DNA of 62,082 nt, counting the filler. It is 8 parts of 8 records of this genome, joined end to end, with 100 filler letters (N's around TTAATTAATTAA, not from the genome) between each part and the next. Parts side by side here need not be neighbours in the genome. Positions count along the whole stretch, not along the records: positions 20,777 to 29,619 come from SRR7504441_4637; positions 29,720 to 35,970 come from SRR7504441_4642; 6 more parts are not named here. One strand, written 5' to 3'. Of this stretch, positions 20,832 through 31,384 are shown one piece after another. The notes beneath the pieces are model-generated. The model was not told where the DNA came from. It searched no databases and saw only the letters and a program-made list of their open reading frames with translations. A program made the position numbers and the translations under genes. The stretch's first letter is position 1; each line of letters begins with the position of its first letter.

Positions 20832-23800
20832 ATGCGTTCGGCCTGGGTGGTTGTGCTCGTGGCGGTGGTGGCGCTCACAGCGGCGCTGCTGACCCGGCTG
20901 AGCTTCAGGCGCGCCTCACACGACTGCGCCCAGCATACCGTCCAATCGGTCGCGGCTGCAGCGCGAACAGAGGGCTCACCCTTGGTAAAGCCATCAGGAC
21001 TCACAGCTACGATCACGGTGCTGACGGAGGCGGGGCTGGCCCCTGCGCTGGCGGCGCTGAGAGCACAGCCTGTGCTCGTGCTGCTCACGGCCAGTAGGAA
21101 TCCTAGCGGGGAGCGCTGGTGCCCCGACTGTCGGCGGGCGGATCCGGTGCTGGCACAGGCGGTCGCCGGAGCGCCACCAGAGGTGCAGCTCCTGCAGGTG
21201 GAGATCGATCGGGCACGCTGGAAGGGCGACCCTGGGTCTGCCCACCCGTACCGGGCCGAGCCATTCAAGGTTTCCGGAATCCCGACGCTGCTTGTTCTCG
21301 GACCGGGCCACGAGGTGCAGGCCAGGCTGGGCGAGGAGGCCTGCCGCGACCTCCGGGCGCTGGCACCCGCCTTCCAGTGGCACCCAGCCCAGGTCGAGCG
21401 GCTGCCGGCTGGGCCCTGCAATGACACCCTCTGCAGCGGCGGGCTGGCCCGACTCAACTGGCTGCGGGCTCAGTACTCGGCGGCCGGGGCGGATAGCTCG
21501 TGGGGCCAGCGCGGGCTGCCGCTGATGTTTGAACGGTTCGGGCTGGTGCTCGCTGCGGAGGTTGTCAGGGAGCCGCTCGGGGTGAGGTTGCGGAACGTTG
21601 CGCCTCACGTTTCGTGTGAGAGCGTGGCCGTGAATCTGACCACCTGGTGGAGGGTGGCTGGTGCTGAGATCGTTGCGGGGCTCATGGAGCCGGTGCCGGG
21701 CGAATGCGCGTGGCTGGCCCGGCTGCCCAGTCTGCCTGCGGGCCAGTATGACCTGGATGTGAAGCTGCTCAGCCTGCGGGACGGGTTCGACTGGGATGCC
21801 GACCGCTGCAGCCAAAAGCCAGATATATTCAGGCAAGGGCGGGTGCTCGAGGTGGTCAAGAGCCAAAAGTTTTACGAGCCAGCTCTGTCGTGCTGTGAGA
21901 TCTGCACCAGGAACCCTTTGTGCTCCTCCTGGGCTGTTTATAACCGTGACAAGTACCAGTTAGTTTACAACTGCGTTCTGTATGATAACCAAAGAGACGG
22001 GCAGGTGGATACTGGGGAGTTGGGCATGCCTGGAGCTATGTCAGGGTTGCCCAGAAGGCAGCCAACCAACCTGTTCATAGGATGTGGCTGGTCGTTCGCG
22101 CTCAATGCGATGCACCCATGCGTTGCTAACGGAACAGACGATATTCCATTTGTTGCAGATACAAGCTTTACAATAGAGGCCGGCCAACCAACCGACAGCG
22201 TCAAGAAACTGCTGCCTGTGTGTGGAAATGATGTCAATGACGGACGCTGGGTCAAGGACACGGCCTCGGTATGTTCATATACAGACGATTCGACCACAGG
22301 TCGTAGGAAGGAGCTTTACATGTTAGACTGGGATCCTGACCAGAGCATCGATTGCTGGATGCATGATCGTCTCAACAAGCTAGGCGCACGCTGCCAGGAA
22401 ATGGGCTGCCGATTGGCCAAACAATCAATTTGGCGATCCAGACTGACAAACAGACAATCTGTGTTTAAATATGTGTGGCGGCCTTATCGCTGCCAGCTAC
22501 CGAGCTACACCGGACAGATGATCAAACAATGCTTCGAAGCTCGCGATCTTGCTGTCCCAATCCTTCTCGGCACTTCAGTCATGGAATTCTTGAACGAATA
22601 TGTGACGCAGCGAATGATGCCGCTCCAGATTCGCTATGGAAAGAAAGTTGTGATATTTTCCGATGAGAGCTTACCTCAGTCTGCGACTCTCCACAGCGAG
22701 AAAGGCTGGCTCGATAAATTGAATGAGATTGCCTTCCCTGGATCGGCTTCTCGAGCAACGTTCGAGCAACAGCTTCTAGACACAGAGATGCAACTACTCT
22801 CAGAATCGACTTTTTCTGCATTCCAAGCTCAGCCCAAACAGACCACCACGCTGCAGAAGCTATTTAGCCTATTGAATAGTACCCGTGTGGTGCGATCAGG
22901 CAATTGGGGTTGGCGACCTCACGTATTTGTGTGTCAGGCGGCCTCCGCGTTGCTGGGCGCCGTTCCGACTGCGACAGAATTCAATAGCTCGCAAAAAACG
23001 GAGCTGGAACGGGTTGCAAAGCTTTACCTGAAGCTCTGCAACACAGTAAAAGCCAGCGGCGCATCACGCTACGTATTCTTGAGCGGACCTTTTCTTTCCA
23101 GTGAGCGTGAAGCGCACGCGACCGCAGGCCGTGTAAGAAGGTTGGACGAACTTGCTCGGCCAATGCTAGCGAGAAAGAATATCGAGCGTTTGAGTTGGTG
23201 GAATGTTTCGATGGCCCTATCATTCGATAGCGCTACGCAGATGGATGGGCTGCATGTGGTCGGCCCACCTATGAAGGCACTCTTCAATCTGATGATACAT
23301 TCCCTGTGCTCACAAACCGAGACGGCCGGCACACCAAACAGACCCCCCCTGTCTGATGCTCCTTCTCGTTCACCAACGCAAGCACCCAAGACCACAGGGC
23401 GGGTAGATGGCTATAGCACGTTTGTGCATCAGGTCATCACAAACCTGCAAAGTGCGCCGATCTCAACGGAAAGTGCCCTAGCATCCGGACTTGGCACTGT
23501 AGAGGTGCCTGATAAGGATGCACTGTGGATGGAATTCGGTGTGTATAGCGGTGGGTCTACTGAGCGGATACTCGGAAAGCTCACCGAGCTGCACAAGTTG
23601 CTGAAACCGTCAAATCCAGCTTTCTTTGCGTTCGATTCGTTCGAAGGCCTCCCGGAGTCCTGGAACGTGGGGTTTGATACTAGCCCTTATGAGAAAGGTA
23701 GCTTCAAGAAGGGGGAACCCCCATTCAATCATTCAGCCGTCACGTGGGTGCGTGGCTGGTTTAATGAGTCTATTCCTAAACTCCTTTCATCAAGGCAATT

Positions 23801-24113
23801 CTCTAAGCAGCACGGCCACAAGAACATCACATTTGTTCACTTGGATGCCGATTTATACTCATCCACAGCAACTATACTTGAGCAAATAGGACCCAGGCTA
23901 CATCCCGGGTGCATACTCGTCTTTGGCGAGCTTGTCAACTATCCAAACTATCGCGATGGAGAGCTAAAGGCACTCTGGGAGTTTGTTGTGCGCACTGGTA
24001 GACGAATCGAGCCCATTTCACGCCATTCAGACGTGCTTCTGGACATCCCGACCTCGATTCGTGAGTTTGATAAGCTAAAGCTCACATTCGCCATGGCTGT
24101 CCGTATATTATAA
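20832..24113 (+). CDS. 1093-aa fusion: signal anchor, TRP14/TXNDC17-like thioredoxin, PAN/apple-like domain, SGNH/PC-esterase-like domain, TylF/NovP-type O-methyltransferase
   Basis: One uninterrupted ORF. Thioredoxin ERWCPDCRRADP..W...HPYR..FKVSGIPTLL. PAN CCEICTRNPLCSSWA..C.L. SGNH DGRWV, YVWRPYRC, LGTS, DGLH. Methyltransferase EFGVYSGGS, FDSFEGLP, GWFNES, HLDADLYSS. Confidence 0.8.
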   Translation: MRSAWVVVLVAVVALTAALLTRLSFRRASHDCAQHTVQSVAAAARTEGSPLVKPSGLTATITVLTEAGLAPALAALRAQPVLVLLTASRNPSGERWCPDCRRADPVLAQAVAGAPPEVQLLQVEIDRARWKGDPGSAHPYRAEPFKVSGIPTLLVLGPGHEVQARLGEEACRDLRALAPAFQWHPAQVERLPAGPCNDTLCSGGLARLNWLRAQYSAAGADSSWGQRGLPLMFERFGLVLAAEVVREPLGVRLRNVAPHVSCESVAVNLTTWWRVAGAEIVAGLMEPVPGECAWLARLPSLPAGQYDLDVKLLSLRDGFDWDADRCSQKPDIFRQGRVLEVVKSQKFYEPALSCCEICTRNPLCSSWAVYNRDKYQLVYNCVLYDNQRDGQVDTGELGMPGAMSGLPRRQPTNLFIGCGWSFALNAMHPCVANGTDDIPFVADTSFTIEAGQPTDSVKKLLPVCGNDVNDGRWVKDTASVCSYTDDSTTGRRKELYMLDWDPDQSIDCWMHDRLNKLGARCQEMGCRLAKQSIWRSRLTNRQSVFKYVWRPYRCQLPSYTGQMIKQCFEARDLAVPILLGTSVMEFLNEYVTQRMMPLQIRYGKKVVIFSDESLPQSATLHSEKGWLDKLNEIAFPGSASRATFEQQLLDTEMQLLSESTFSAFQAQPKQTTTLQKLFSLLNSTRVVRSGNWGWRPHVFVCQAASALLGAVPTATEFNSSQKTELERVAKLYLKLCNTVKASGASRYVFLSGPFLSSEREAHATAGRVRRLDELARPMLARKNIERLSWWNVSMALSFDSATQMDGLHVVGPPMKALFNLMIHSLCSQTETAGTPNRPPLSDAPSRSPTQAPKTTGRVDGYSTFVHQVITNLQSAPISTESALASGLGTVEVPDKDALWMEFGVYSGGSTERILGKLTELHKLLKPSNPAFFAFDSFEGLPESWNVGFDTSPYEKGSFKKGEPPFNHSAVTWVRGWFNESIPKLLSSRQFSKQHGHKNITFVHLDADLYSSTATILEQIGPRLHPGCILVFGELVNYPNYRDGELKALWEFVVRTGRRIEPISRHSDVLLDIPTSIREFDKLKLTFAMAVRIL

Positions 24114-24173
24114 AACACGATCGGTTTATTACGGTTCTGAATTACATGCACGTCTTCCGGAATCTTATCGACA

Positions 24174-26027
24174 TTAGTGCACGAAACCCAAATGCTCCAT
24201 TTGCTTCTCGCCCTCGCCACAGTTTCCGTCTAGGGCATGGTGCAGCACCGGTACCTCGCTTACCGTTGCGCACAGTCGAAGTGACCTCGGGGTGTCTGAG
24301 CTAGGGGACCGCGCGGTGTAGCCCAGCACAGACTCGGACGTTCCTTGTCCCCGACATTCTGGATCCAAAGACACATAGTGCCGCTGCTGGCTTCCGGCGG
24401 TATAGACACAGCGGTGTAGGGCCATCGAGGTCCCATTCGGTTCGAGTGGAAGCCCGCGCAGCAGAAAGGGTCCCGCTGCCCAGGCCGATGCGTTAGGAGC
24501 CATCCGACTCGATACGTTCCAGCTACAAAACGCACTGGAGCCCGACGTTGCTGAGCACACTTCCGTCCACCCACGAATAAGCAGCGACGCGCGCTCGGCC
24601 TCGCTGACCGTTAGGATGGTTTGATCGTCTCCACCCGGTGTATTCAAACGGAGGCTCCAGACATTCAACCAGGAAGACAAAGGGTCAGACAGTGTACGGT
24701 TCGTGTGCAAGCTGCCGTCCCCGATCACACAGCACGGCTCGACGGAGTCGTCAGCGCACGCGGCCACACCCGATCTGAACACACGCATGCATGACTCGAA
24801 TATGCCCCAGAGCGCTCCGTTGTCTTCAACAGTCGGCTCAAGATCGCGAGTGACCCCGTCCCCGTACATGTCGACCCACAGCAGCGAGCCAGCTGGATCC
24901 GAAGGGAGGCCCATTGAGCGGACCCACGGCTGGTACTTGTTGGGCTGCGGCTGTGCCACGTGCTCGTTGAAAGTCCCCACCATTAGATAGTCGAGTGTGC
25001 CCTTCGCATTCTCCTCAAAGGCGCGCTCGAATTGCTTCTTGAGCGTGAGTCCCCCGAGCTTGCCTGAGGCTTGGAAAGGGAGGCTCGAGTACGAGAGCTG
25101 GTACGAGGGTCCGACCGTTAGCGACGTGCCGTGGGCCCCGATCCGAGAGTTGGTGGTCAGGTGCTGGGCACAAGGCTTCTCGGGCGAGGAGTAAACCGAG
25201 CTGGTGAAATCCCCGACCTGCTGGCCCTGTGGCGGCGGGCTGAGGACTGTGCACGGAGAGAAGAAAGTCCACTCGCCCTGCTCAAAGTTCATTCGCTCGG
25301 CCCACATGGTCACCACCCTGATTGTGCCTCCGTGCGCCGCTTCAATCTTGTCAACCAGCGCTTGGGTCGGGTTGGCAGTAGTGAACAGCACTTTCTTGCC
25401 AGTCGCATTGTCGGTGAATATAAGCTCGTCGTAAGCTGGGTCTGCATACAGCCCGTTCACATACTCGGACCACAGGTTGCCTGCCGGGTCCTGCAGGTTC
25501 TGCCAGATTGCGATCTGTGGGGTCGGTATCCCGGCCTTCCGCAGGGCCAGCCATTCCTCCCCGAGTACCTCCCACGGCCGGAGCTGCAGCGCGTCCGCCG
25601 CCGGGCCGGTGCTCTGAATGTTGGTCGATTCGGCCACGATAAAATCCACCGACGCTCCGCGCAGCATCCGCGCGTGAGCCGTGAGAGTGTCGGTGATGCC
25701 CGGGCAGTCCGGCAGGCCGCAGGAGGACACGTTCTCGGTGGGGCGCTTCCGGTAGATACAGTAAAAGCCTCGCTGCGGCTGCTTGTGCCACCAGAACGAC
25801 ATGGACGCCGAATTGTTCATCCCGGCGGATATTTCGCCGAGGGTGCGCGAGCCGTTGCTGCGCACCACTCCTTCGACGGTCAGGTTGTTCAGGCTGCGGC
25901 CCCAGAAGGCAGGGGCATGCCAGCCCTCGTAAATCATCCCCACCCGCGGCACCGCCCCAGCGGGCAACAGCAGCGCCAGCAGCAGCCCTGCACCGGCACG
26001 ACGAAGCCTCCGGTCCACGCGCAGCAT
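24174..26027 (-). CDS. Secreted putative glycoside hydrolase (TIM-barrel, GH99/GH71-like features) with C-terminal repeat module; intronless
   Basis: Signal peptide. VGMIYEGWH, HARML...VDFIVAESTN, VGTFNEH, DMYG...RDLEP. Tail LHRC...HYVSLDPEC...ESVLGY. Family assignment is by motif recall only. Confidence 0.6.
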   Translation of the reverse strand: MLRVDRRLRRAGAGLLLALLLPAGAVPRVGMIYEGWHAPAFWGRSLNNLTVEGVVRSNGSRTLGEISAGMNNSASMSFWWHKQPQRGFYCIYRKRPTENVSSCGLPDCPGITDTLTAHARMLRGASVDFIVAESTNIQSTGPAADALQLRPWEVLGEEWLALRKAGIPTPQIAIWQNLQDPAGNLWSEYVNGLYADPAYDELIFTDNATGKKVLFTTANPTQALVDKIEAAHGGTIRVVTMWAERMNFEQGEWTFFSPCTVLSPPPQGQQVGDFTSSVYSSPEKPCAQHLTTNSRIGAHGTSLTVGPSYQLSYSSLPFQASGKLGGLTLKKQFERAFEENAKGTLDYLMVGTFNEHVAQPQPNKYQPWVRSMGLPSDPAGSLLWVDMYGDGVTRDLEPTVEDNGALWGIFESCMRVFRSGVAACADDSVEPCCVIGDGSLHTNRTLSDPLSSWLNVWSLRLNTPGGDDQTILTVSEAERASLLIRGWTEVCSATSGSSAFCSWNVSSRMAPNASAWAAGPFLLRGLPLEPNGTSMALHRCVYTAGSQQRHYVSLDPECRGQGTSESVLGYTARSPSSDTPRSLRLCATVSEVPVLHHALDGNCGEGEKQMEHLGFVH

Positions 26028-26128
26028 GCTCGCCGGCTCCGTCCGTTAGAAAAGATGGGCGTGCTCAGCACGCCACTCAGTACGCTTCACTGTTGCGAAC
26101 CGCACGCGGCTAACCCCGATTGACAAAC

Positions 26129-26376
26129 ATGGGCAACGCCGGCAACCATTCCCAGGCTGATCTGGACAACCACGCCAACCAGTGTAATCCGAACAACCCA
26201 AACTACCAGGGCCACGATCGCCACTACGGCGGCAACGACACCCAGGCGGACCGTGACAACCACGCAAACCAGAGGAACCCCAACAACGATGCCTACTGGT
26301 CCAGCCGTCACCAGGAGAATCCGAATCGAAAGTATGCGGCCGGGCCCAGGTGCGGGCTGAGCCACCAACCAGGTGA
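26129..26376 (+). CDS. 68-aa Asn/Gln/His-rich microprotein with two DNHANQxNPNN repeats
   Basis: QADLDNHANQCNPNN and QADRDNHANQRNPNNDAYWSSR. A typical 41-nt intron (26332-26372) brings a TGA in frame; unspliced, the ORF would run to 26545. Confidence 0.7.
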
Positions 26377-26684
26377 CCAAGCAGGCCGGCTCACAGCTAC
26401 TGATAGAGACTGGCTCATTCGGGTGGCACAAAGAGCATCAACCAATCAAGGGTTCTGTCATTCTTTCGTATGCGATCTAGCTGGCCGAATGCTGCAGCAG
26501 GCCGCCCGGTCTACAACCACCCCCTTCCTACTCTCGATGTTGTGAACATTATTCAGACCACGCTCACAAACGTCACAAATACGAGTATACCAGGACAAAC
26601 ACATGCATGCATATAAATGATAGGGATCACTTGGTAAAAACATAGACAGATTTCACTATACGTGTACCGCGCGTTGCGCCGCGA

Positions 26685-27883
26685 TCAGATCGGCACGTCC
26701 TTGACCCTCGGATGCGCCTTCATGAAAGCCCAAGCGAGCTCCGCAAATTCCTTGTGCGCACAATCCTGGTCCTGGCACTCGGCCCTGTAGAACGAAGGCC
26801 ACATGTGCGCCACTAGCGACGAGCAACGGATTACCGCCGTCCCGGGCATGCATCCTCCCATCGGCTCAATGCAATGCCTGCCCCGCCGGCGTGAGCCAGC
26901 CGCCAGCCGCCATCAGCAGACCAGTGCATGTCGCCATCGCGCGGAGTGCTAAACACCCGCAGCTCGCGCTCCGAGCCGCACTTGTTGATCTGGCCGAGGG
27001 CCCGGGTGAGGTTGGCCAGCGGGGTATAGAAGAAGCCGTCTTGCGACCACGTCGACCCATGAGGACCCGCCCGGCCAAGGAAGCCGTTTGAAAAATTGGC
27101 TGGGATAATGCCATCGAACAGCCCGTTGATCGCCAGCACGGCCATCGGCCGACTGGGCAGCGCGTCCGGCAGGTGGCCGAGCAGAGGGAGCGCGGCTACT
27201 GGGACGATGCTCGCTACTCGATCCGAGAGCGAGTGCGCCACTTGGTAGGTCATCATCGCGCCGTTCGAGAGACCCGTCACGTGCACGCGGTCCCGGTCCA
27301 GGCAGACAGACGCCTCCAGCCAGTCGAGCAGCTGTTCAATAAACCCCACGTCGTTCCAGCAGCTGCTCGAGATGCAAGTCCCGGTGTAGTTCTCCGGCGG
27401 CTTCGGGGCGCACCGGGCCCCGCAGCTGTCGTAGCACTCGTACTCGCCCCAGGCCCGGCGGTCCGTGTCACAGGTCTCGCCGAGCGGTCCCGTCCCTGCC
27501 GAGGCCCCGAGCGCGTTCCAGCCCTGAGTCTTGGTCGGGCAATCGTTGCTGCCGTCCGGCCACACCCCTATGAAGTTATGCTCGTCAGCAATGTCGGTGT
27601 AGCCGGAGTGGTTGTGCTGCTTCCAGGAGTGCGAGGTGTACCCATGGATGTCCATCACCAGCGGCACGGCCTGGTTGGCTGAGTAGCCCCGCGGCAGCCG
27701 GAGCAGGAAACTCCTGGCCTGTCGGCCTCCTTGGACGGCCGGCTCGGGCACGGTGATGCTGAACCGGCTGGTGACTCCCAGCTGAGCCGGCGGGGCAGCC
27801 CTGCAGCCCGCGGACGAGTCCGTGGCACCGGCCCCGAGGAGCAGAGCGAGCAAGCTCAAAGCAGACGATGTTGCGCGCCCCAT
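26685..27883 (-). CDS. Secreted alpha/beta-hydrolase, PHB-depolymerase/LpqP/CE1-like esterase
   Basis: Signal peptide. PLVMDIHGY, VWPDG, DVGFIEQLLD, TGLSNGAMM (GxSxG), INGLFDGII. After a 44-nt intron, AHMWP and WAFMKAHP. Confidence 0.85.
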
Positions 27884-27938
27884 GCTTGATCAGTAACTGA
27901 TTTCCGTTACTATGTACTGGTAAGCGTATTCTGGGGCG
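27884..27938. promoter_or_regulatory. Putative 55-bp bidirectional promoter containing TTCCGTTACT
   Basis: Lies between divergent ATGs 27883 and 27939. The same 10-mer occurs in spacer 60329-60381. Confidence 0.55.
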
Positions 27939-28689
27939 ATGCCCGCTCCGGGGCAGGGCGCCAGCTATCCGCGCCCCGGCCCGCCGAGCCGGCTGGTGGC
28001 CGATAGGATCGTCGGTAGCCGCCCCGTGCAGCCGTCCGGCTGACGTCAGCCGGCCAGAATCGCGGCTCGCACAGAGCATTCGGACGTTCGGACGCAGCTG
28101 GCCTGCGCCGTCAGCCCGGCAAGAGGCCCGGATCCGGGAGGTGATCGAGGGCAACTACCGGCGGTGCGCACCGGTGGTCGCTCCAGGGCCTGACGCAAGG
28201 GGCAGCTCGGTTGGGATGCCGCCGGCGCCGTCCAAGGCCGAGGCTCATGATGGGCTGCCGGGGGGCCCGATCCAGGTGCTCATAAAAGAGCCAGCAGCGC
28301 ACGATCCGGGGCGCGGCAGAGTGGGGCTGGCGCGGCGCGGTGGTGGACCAGGGCGTCCGACCGGCATTTGCTCCCACCGGTGTGCCTGGCCTCTTTACCG
28401 GTCAACTGTCGAGGCAGGTGGACCCGCCGTACAAGAAGCTGCTGATCCCAGGAGCTCAGCGGTTCGGACAGCAGCGCGGCGCGGGCGTCAGCGGTGTATT
28501 GGCCGTGCGCGAAAGCACAACGATCAACTTTTTCCCGGTCGGGCGGCGGTGGGTTGGGCGGTACGTGAACGTGTTGTGGCTCAGGTGGACCCTGGAGAGG
28601 AATGGGAGCGCTCATGGGAGAAGCACATCTACCGGACGCCCCATCCGAGGAGCAGCAGGCGCTCGACGACTCCGATGCCATTCGCTTAG
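27939..28689 (+). CDS. Hypothetical protein (spliced)
   Basis: ATG 55 bp from the divergent esterase start. Several typical short introns join Pro-rich ORF segments. TAG precedes an AT-rich spacer. Confidence 0.5.
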
Positions 28690-28820
28690 ACTGAGGTTGC
28701 TACGTGCAAATGATGCATGCAAGCGAGTACTTAGTACGAGTAGTACCCTCACTCCTCGCGCCATCAGGCGCCATTGTTCCGCATGTTCTTACCATGTTAT
28801 TGTTCTACTAACAACATGGC

Positions 28821-29619
28821 TCATTCGTGTGGCCCTAATCTATCTCGGAGCATGGCCAGATGAAGCTCGCTATACACGCTGTGGTCGCTCCCAACTTGTT
28901 CACACGCTTCGGCTGGGATGCAGAGCCCTTCGAGGTCACAATCCAGCCGCATGAGCGCCAGTTGGTGCTTGCAAGCTGCTTCAAAGTGGTACAGCGAATC
29001 AAAAGCTTCAGCGACTGACCCAGCCACCACCACCACTCCCCTGTGCGCCCGGAGCAGCACCTGCGCATCCCGCACCCGCATGAGCTCGCAAACATGCTCT
29101 GCATCCGCCCTAGGGTCATTCATATACTCGCAAGCATCTGGATCATATCGGACCGTCCTGAGGAACCGCACTGCATCCATGCTGACCATTCGCAGCTGGC
29201 CGGCTGGCCCGTTCAGCATCGACCCGATCAGTCCAGCAGCCGGTGGGCAGCCGGTCATCACGCACCGCGCCGAGTTCGGCCGAGCGCGGTGCAGCGCTAC
29301 GTGCAGCCAGAAAGTGCCCGCGTCCACCGCTCCCTGCCCTCGGATGAGCTGGCCGTCGGACATTCCGAGCTCCAGCAGCTGCTCCGGCGACATGGCCGCC
29401 CAATCCACTCCCAGCGGCGCCAGAATCGCCGTCTCCGTCTCCGGCTGCCGGAGAGAGAAGCAGCTCCGTAGCGATCGGTGCAGGCCATAATGCGCCGCCC
29501 CGCGACAGGCGACCGCTAGCTGCATTGGGCTACCCTCCACCGCGGGGGCGGCGCTGCTGCCCACCAGCTCCCACGCCTTGGTCACCCCGTGGTTGAACGC
29601 CTCTCCCAGCGCCCCCCCC
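28821..29619 (-). CDS. Class II aldolase/adducin-head family protein, 5'-truncated, metal ligands degenerate
   Basis: LAVACR..AHYGL, FWLHVALHRARP..RCVM, VLLRAHRGVVVVAGSVAEAFDSLYHFEAACKHQL. Confidence 0.75.
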
Positions 29620-29719
29620 NNNNNNNNNNNNNNNNNNNNNNNNNNNNNNNNNNNNNNNNNNNNTTAATTAATTAANNNNNNNNNNNNNNNNNNNNNNNNN
29701 NNNNNNNNNNNNNNNNNNN
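29620..29719. other. Artificial contig linker
   Basis: N44-TTAATTAATTAA-N44. Confidence 0.98.
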
Positions 29720-29890
29720 ACCCCGAGATTACACGCCAATGTCATGATCTGCTCTCCGTATTTGTTGTACGAGAGCTCGTCGGTGCGCTGGTTTCCGGAG
29801 ATTTTGGTTACTAGTTGGTCACGTGGTTGGTCCCGAGTTTCCAATAACTGTACTTTAATATATATTAGAGTCCAAGGAATGCTTTGATCA

Positions 29891-31047
29891 TCAATCGACG
29901 GCACCGGTGAAGCTCCGCCGTGACTGATCCGCTATTCTAGCCATCAACTTCACATCTGAGGCTCGATCTACCCTAACACCCGACCGAACATTCGCCGTCT
30001 CCCACTCTAGATGATCCAAGGTGTCGCTCAACATTCGATTCTCTCGCGCTAGCCTCGAATTCTCTTCAGCGAGACCCTGGTTCTCTACATGGTACGCGAC
30101 CTGTCCACCACATCAGCCTAAGTCTAACCGAAAATCACATCCATCGGTGTCGGCCCCACTGGGATCGGCCCATGCTCCTCCAGCACCGCCAGCGCCTCCC
30201 TCGCCGCCCGGTGCCCTGCGCACTCTCGCAATAGCACCACCCCACACGCACCTAGATGTGGGCACTCAGCTCGGAGCGAGCCCTCCAGCGCCCTGAGCGC
30301 CTCCACGAGGTCAGCGGTCTCCAGTATTGCGGCGCGGATCATCGGCTCGCGGTGAGAGACTAAGTTGAGAGCCAACTGGGCACCCAGAGCCGCAGTCACC
30401 TCGCAACTGCCGGTGACAGCTCGCATGCAGTTGAGCAGGCAGCAGGACGTGGCTGCCCGGCCGCTTGGTCAGTAGCAGCAGCCAGTCTGGCTCCGGATAC
30501 CTTCTAAGTCGGCTTCAAGCATGTCCAGCGCCCCAGCCCGCGACTCGGCAAGCCGGCACATCTCCTTGAGAATTGTCTGCACCGCCGTCTCCTGCTCGCC
30601 CTCGTCCGCGCCAGGAGTGGTGCCCGTCCGCACGATCCGCACTCCCATTTGCACCCCGCACCACTCCTGCTTAGCCACCAGCGCGTCCCCGGCCGCCTCC
30701 AGCCGGTCGGCCAGTCGCGCCAGCTGCTCCAGCTTGTTCAGCACCGGGAAACTCAAACCGCCAGGCCGGAGCACCGATTCGGCCCGCGATTCAGCCCGGT
30801 GCAGGTACAGCCCGCTGCCGCCGCTGTCCAGCTTGGCAACCAATTGAGCGCCGGCCGCGATCGCCTTCGTGAGCAGCCGCCGGAGTGGGCCCGGCCTGTC
30901 GAGCAGGTTGAGCTCTGCAGGCAGCTTTCGTAGCACTGTGGGCCCGCCGACCGGTGCCGGCGGCCGGACCCGGCGGTGGCTGAGGCCCCGGTGGCTGAGG
31001 AACGGCGCTGGGGTGAGCGGAGTGCCGGCGAGGCTCTGCCGCTTCAT
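29891..31047 (-). CDS. Hypothetical helical/coiled-coil protein (spliced)
   Basis: ATG 31047. ORFs 30469-31059 and 30124-30426 plus a last exon. The 3' end is approximate. Confidence 0.5.
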
Positions 31048-31094
31048 GCGGTTGGTCAAAATTCAACTGGGCTGCAGCTGGTTCAGGTTGTGGC

Positions 31095-31160
31095 GCAGCT
31101 CAAGGACAAAGCAGCTCAAGGACAAAGCACAGTCAGGCTCAAGGACACGAAGGACAAATC
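31095..31160 (+). repeat. Four copies of AAGGACA, including a 16-bp tandem GCAGCTCAAGGACAAA x2
   Basis: Read directly. Lies 50-110 bp upstream of the minus-strand ATG at 31047. Confidence 0.8.
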
Positions 31161-31384
31161 ATACCCATATTGGGCGATGCCTAGGCGATGCCGGCCGGCA
31201 GGCGTTTTTAGATGGTGATTACTAGATCAAGTAGATCTAATCGCAGATTACTATTGCAACTGCGTAAGTAAAGAGAGTGGGGTTTATCACCGGAGAAAGG
31301 AGAGGCTGGAGAGCCCCTACGTACACAATCCTCCCAAACCTTAGTGGCGATTTTAGAGAGTACCATCATTATACCATCATGTGA

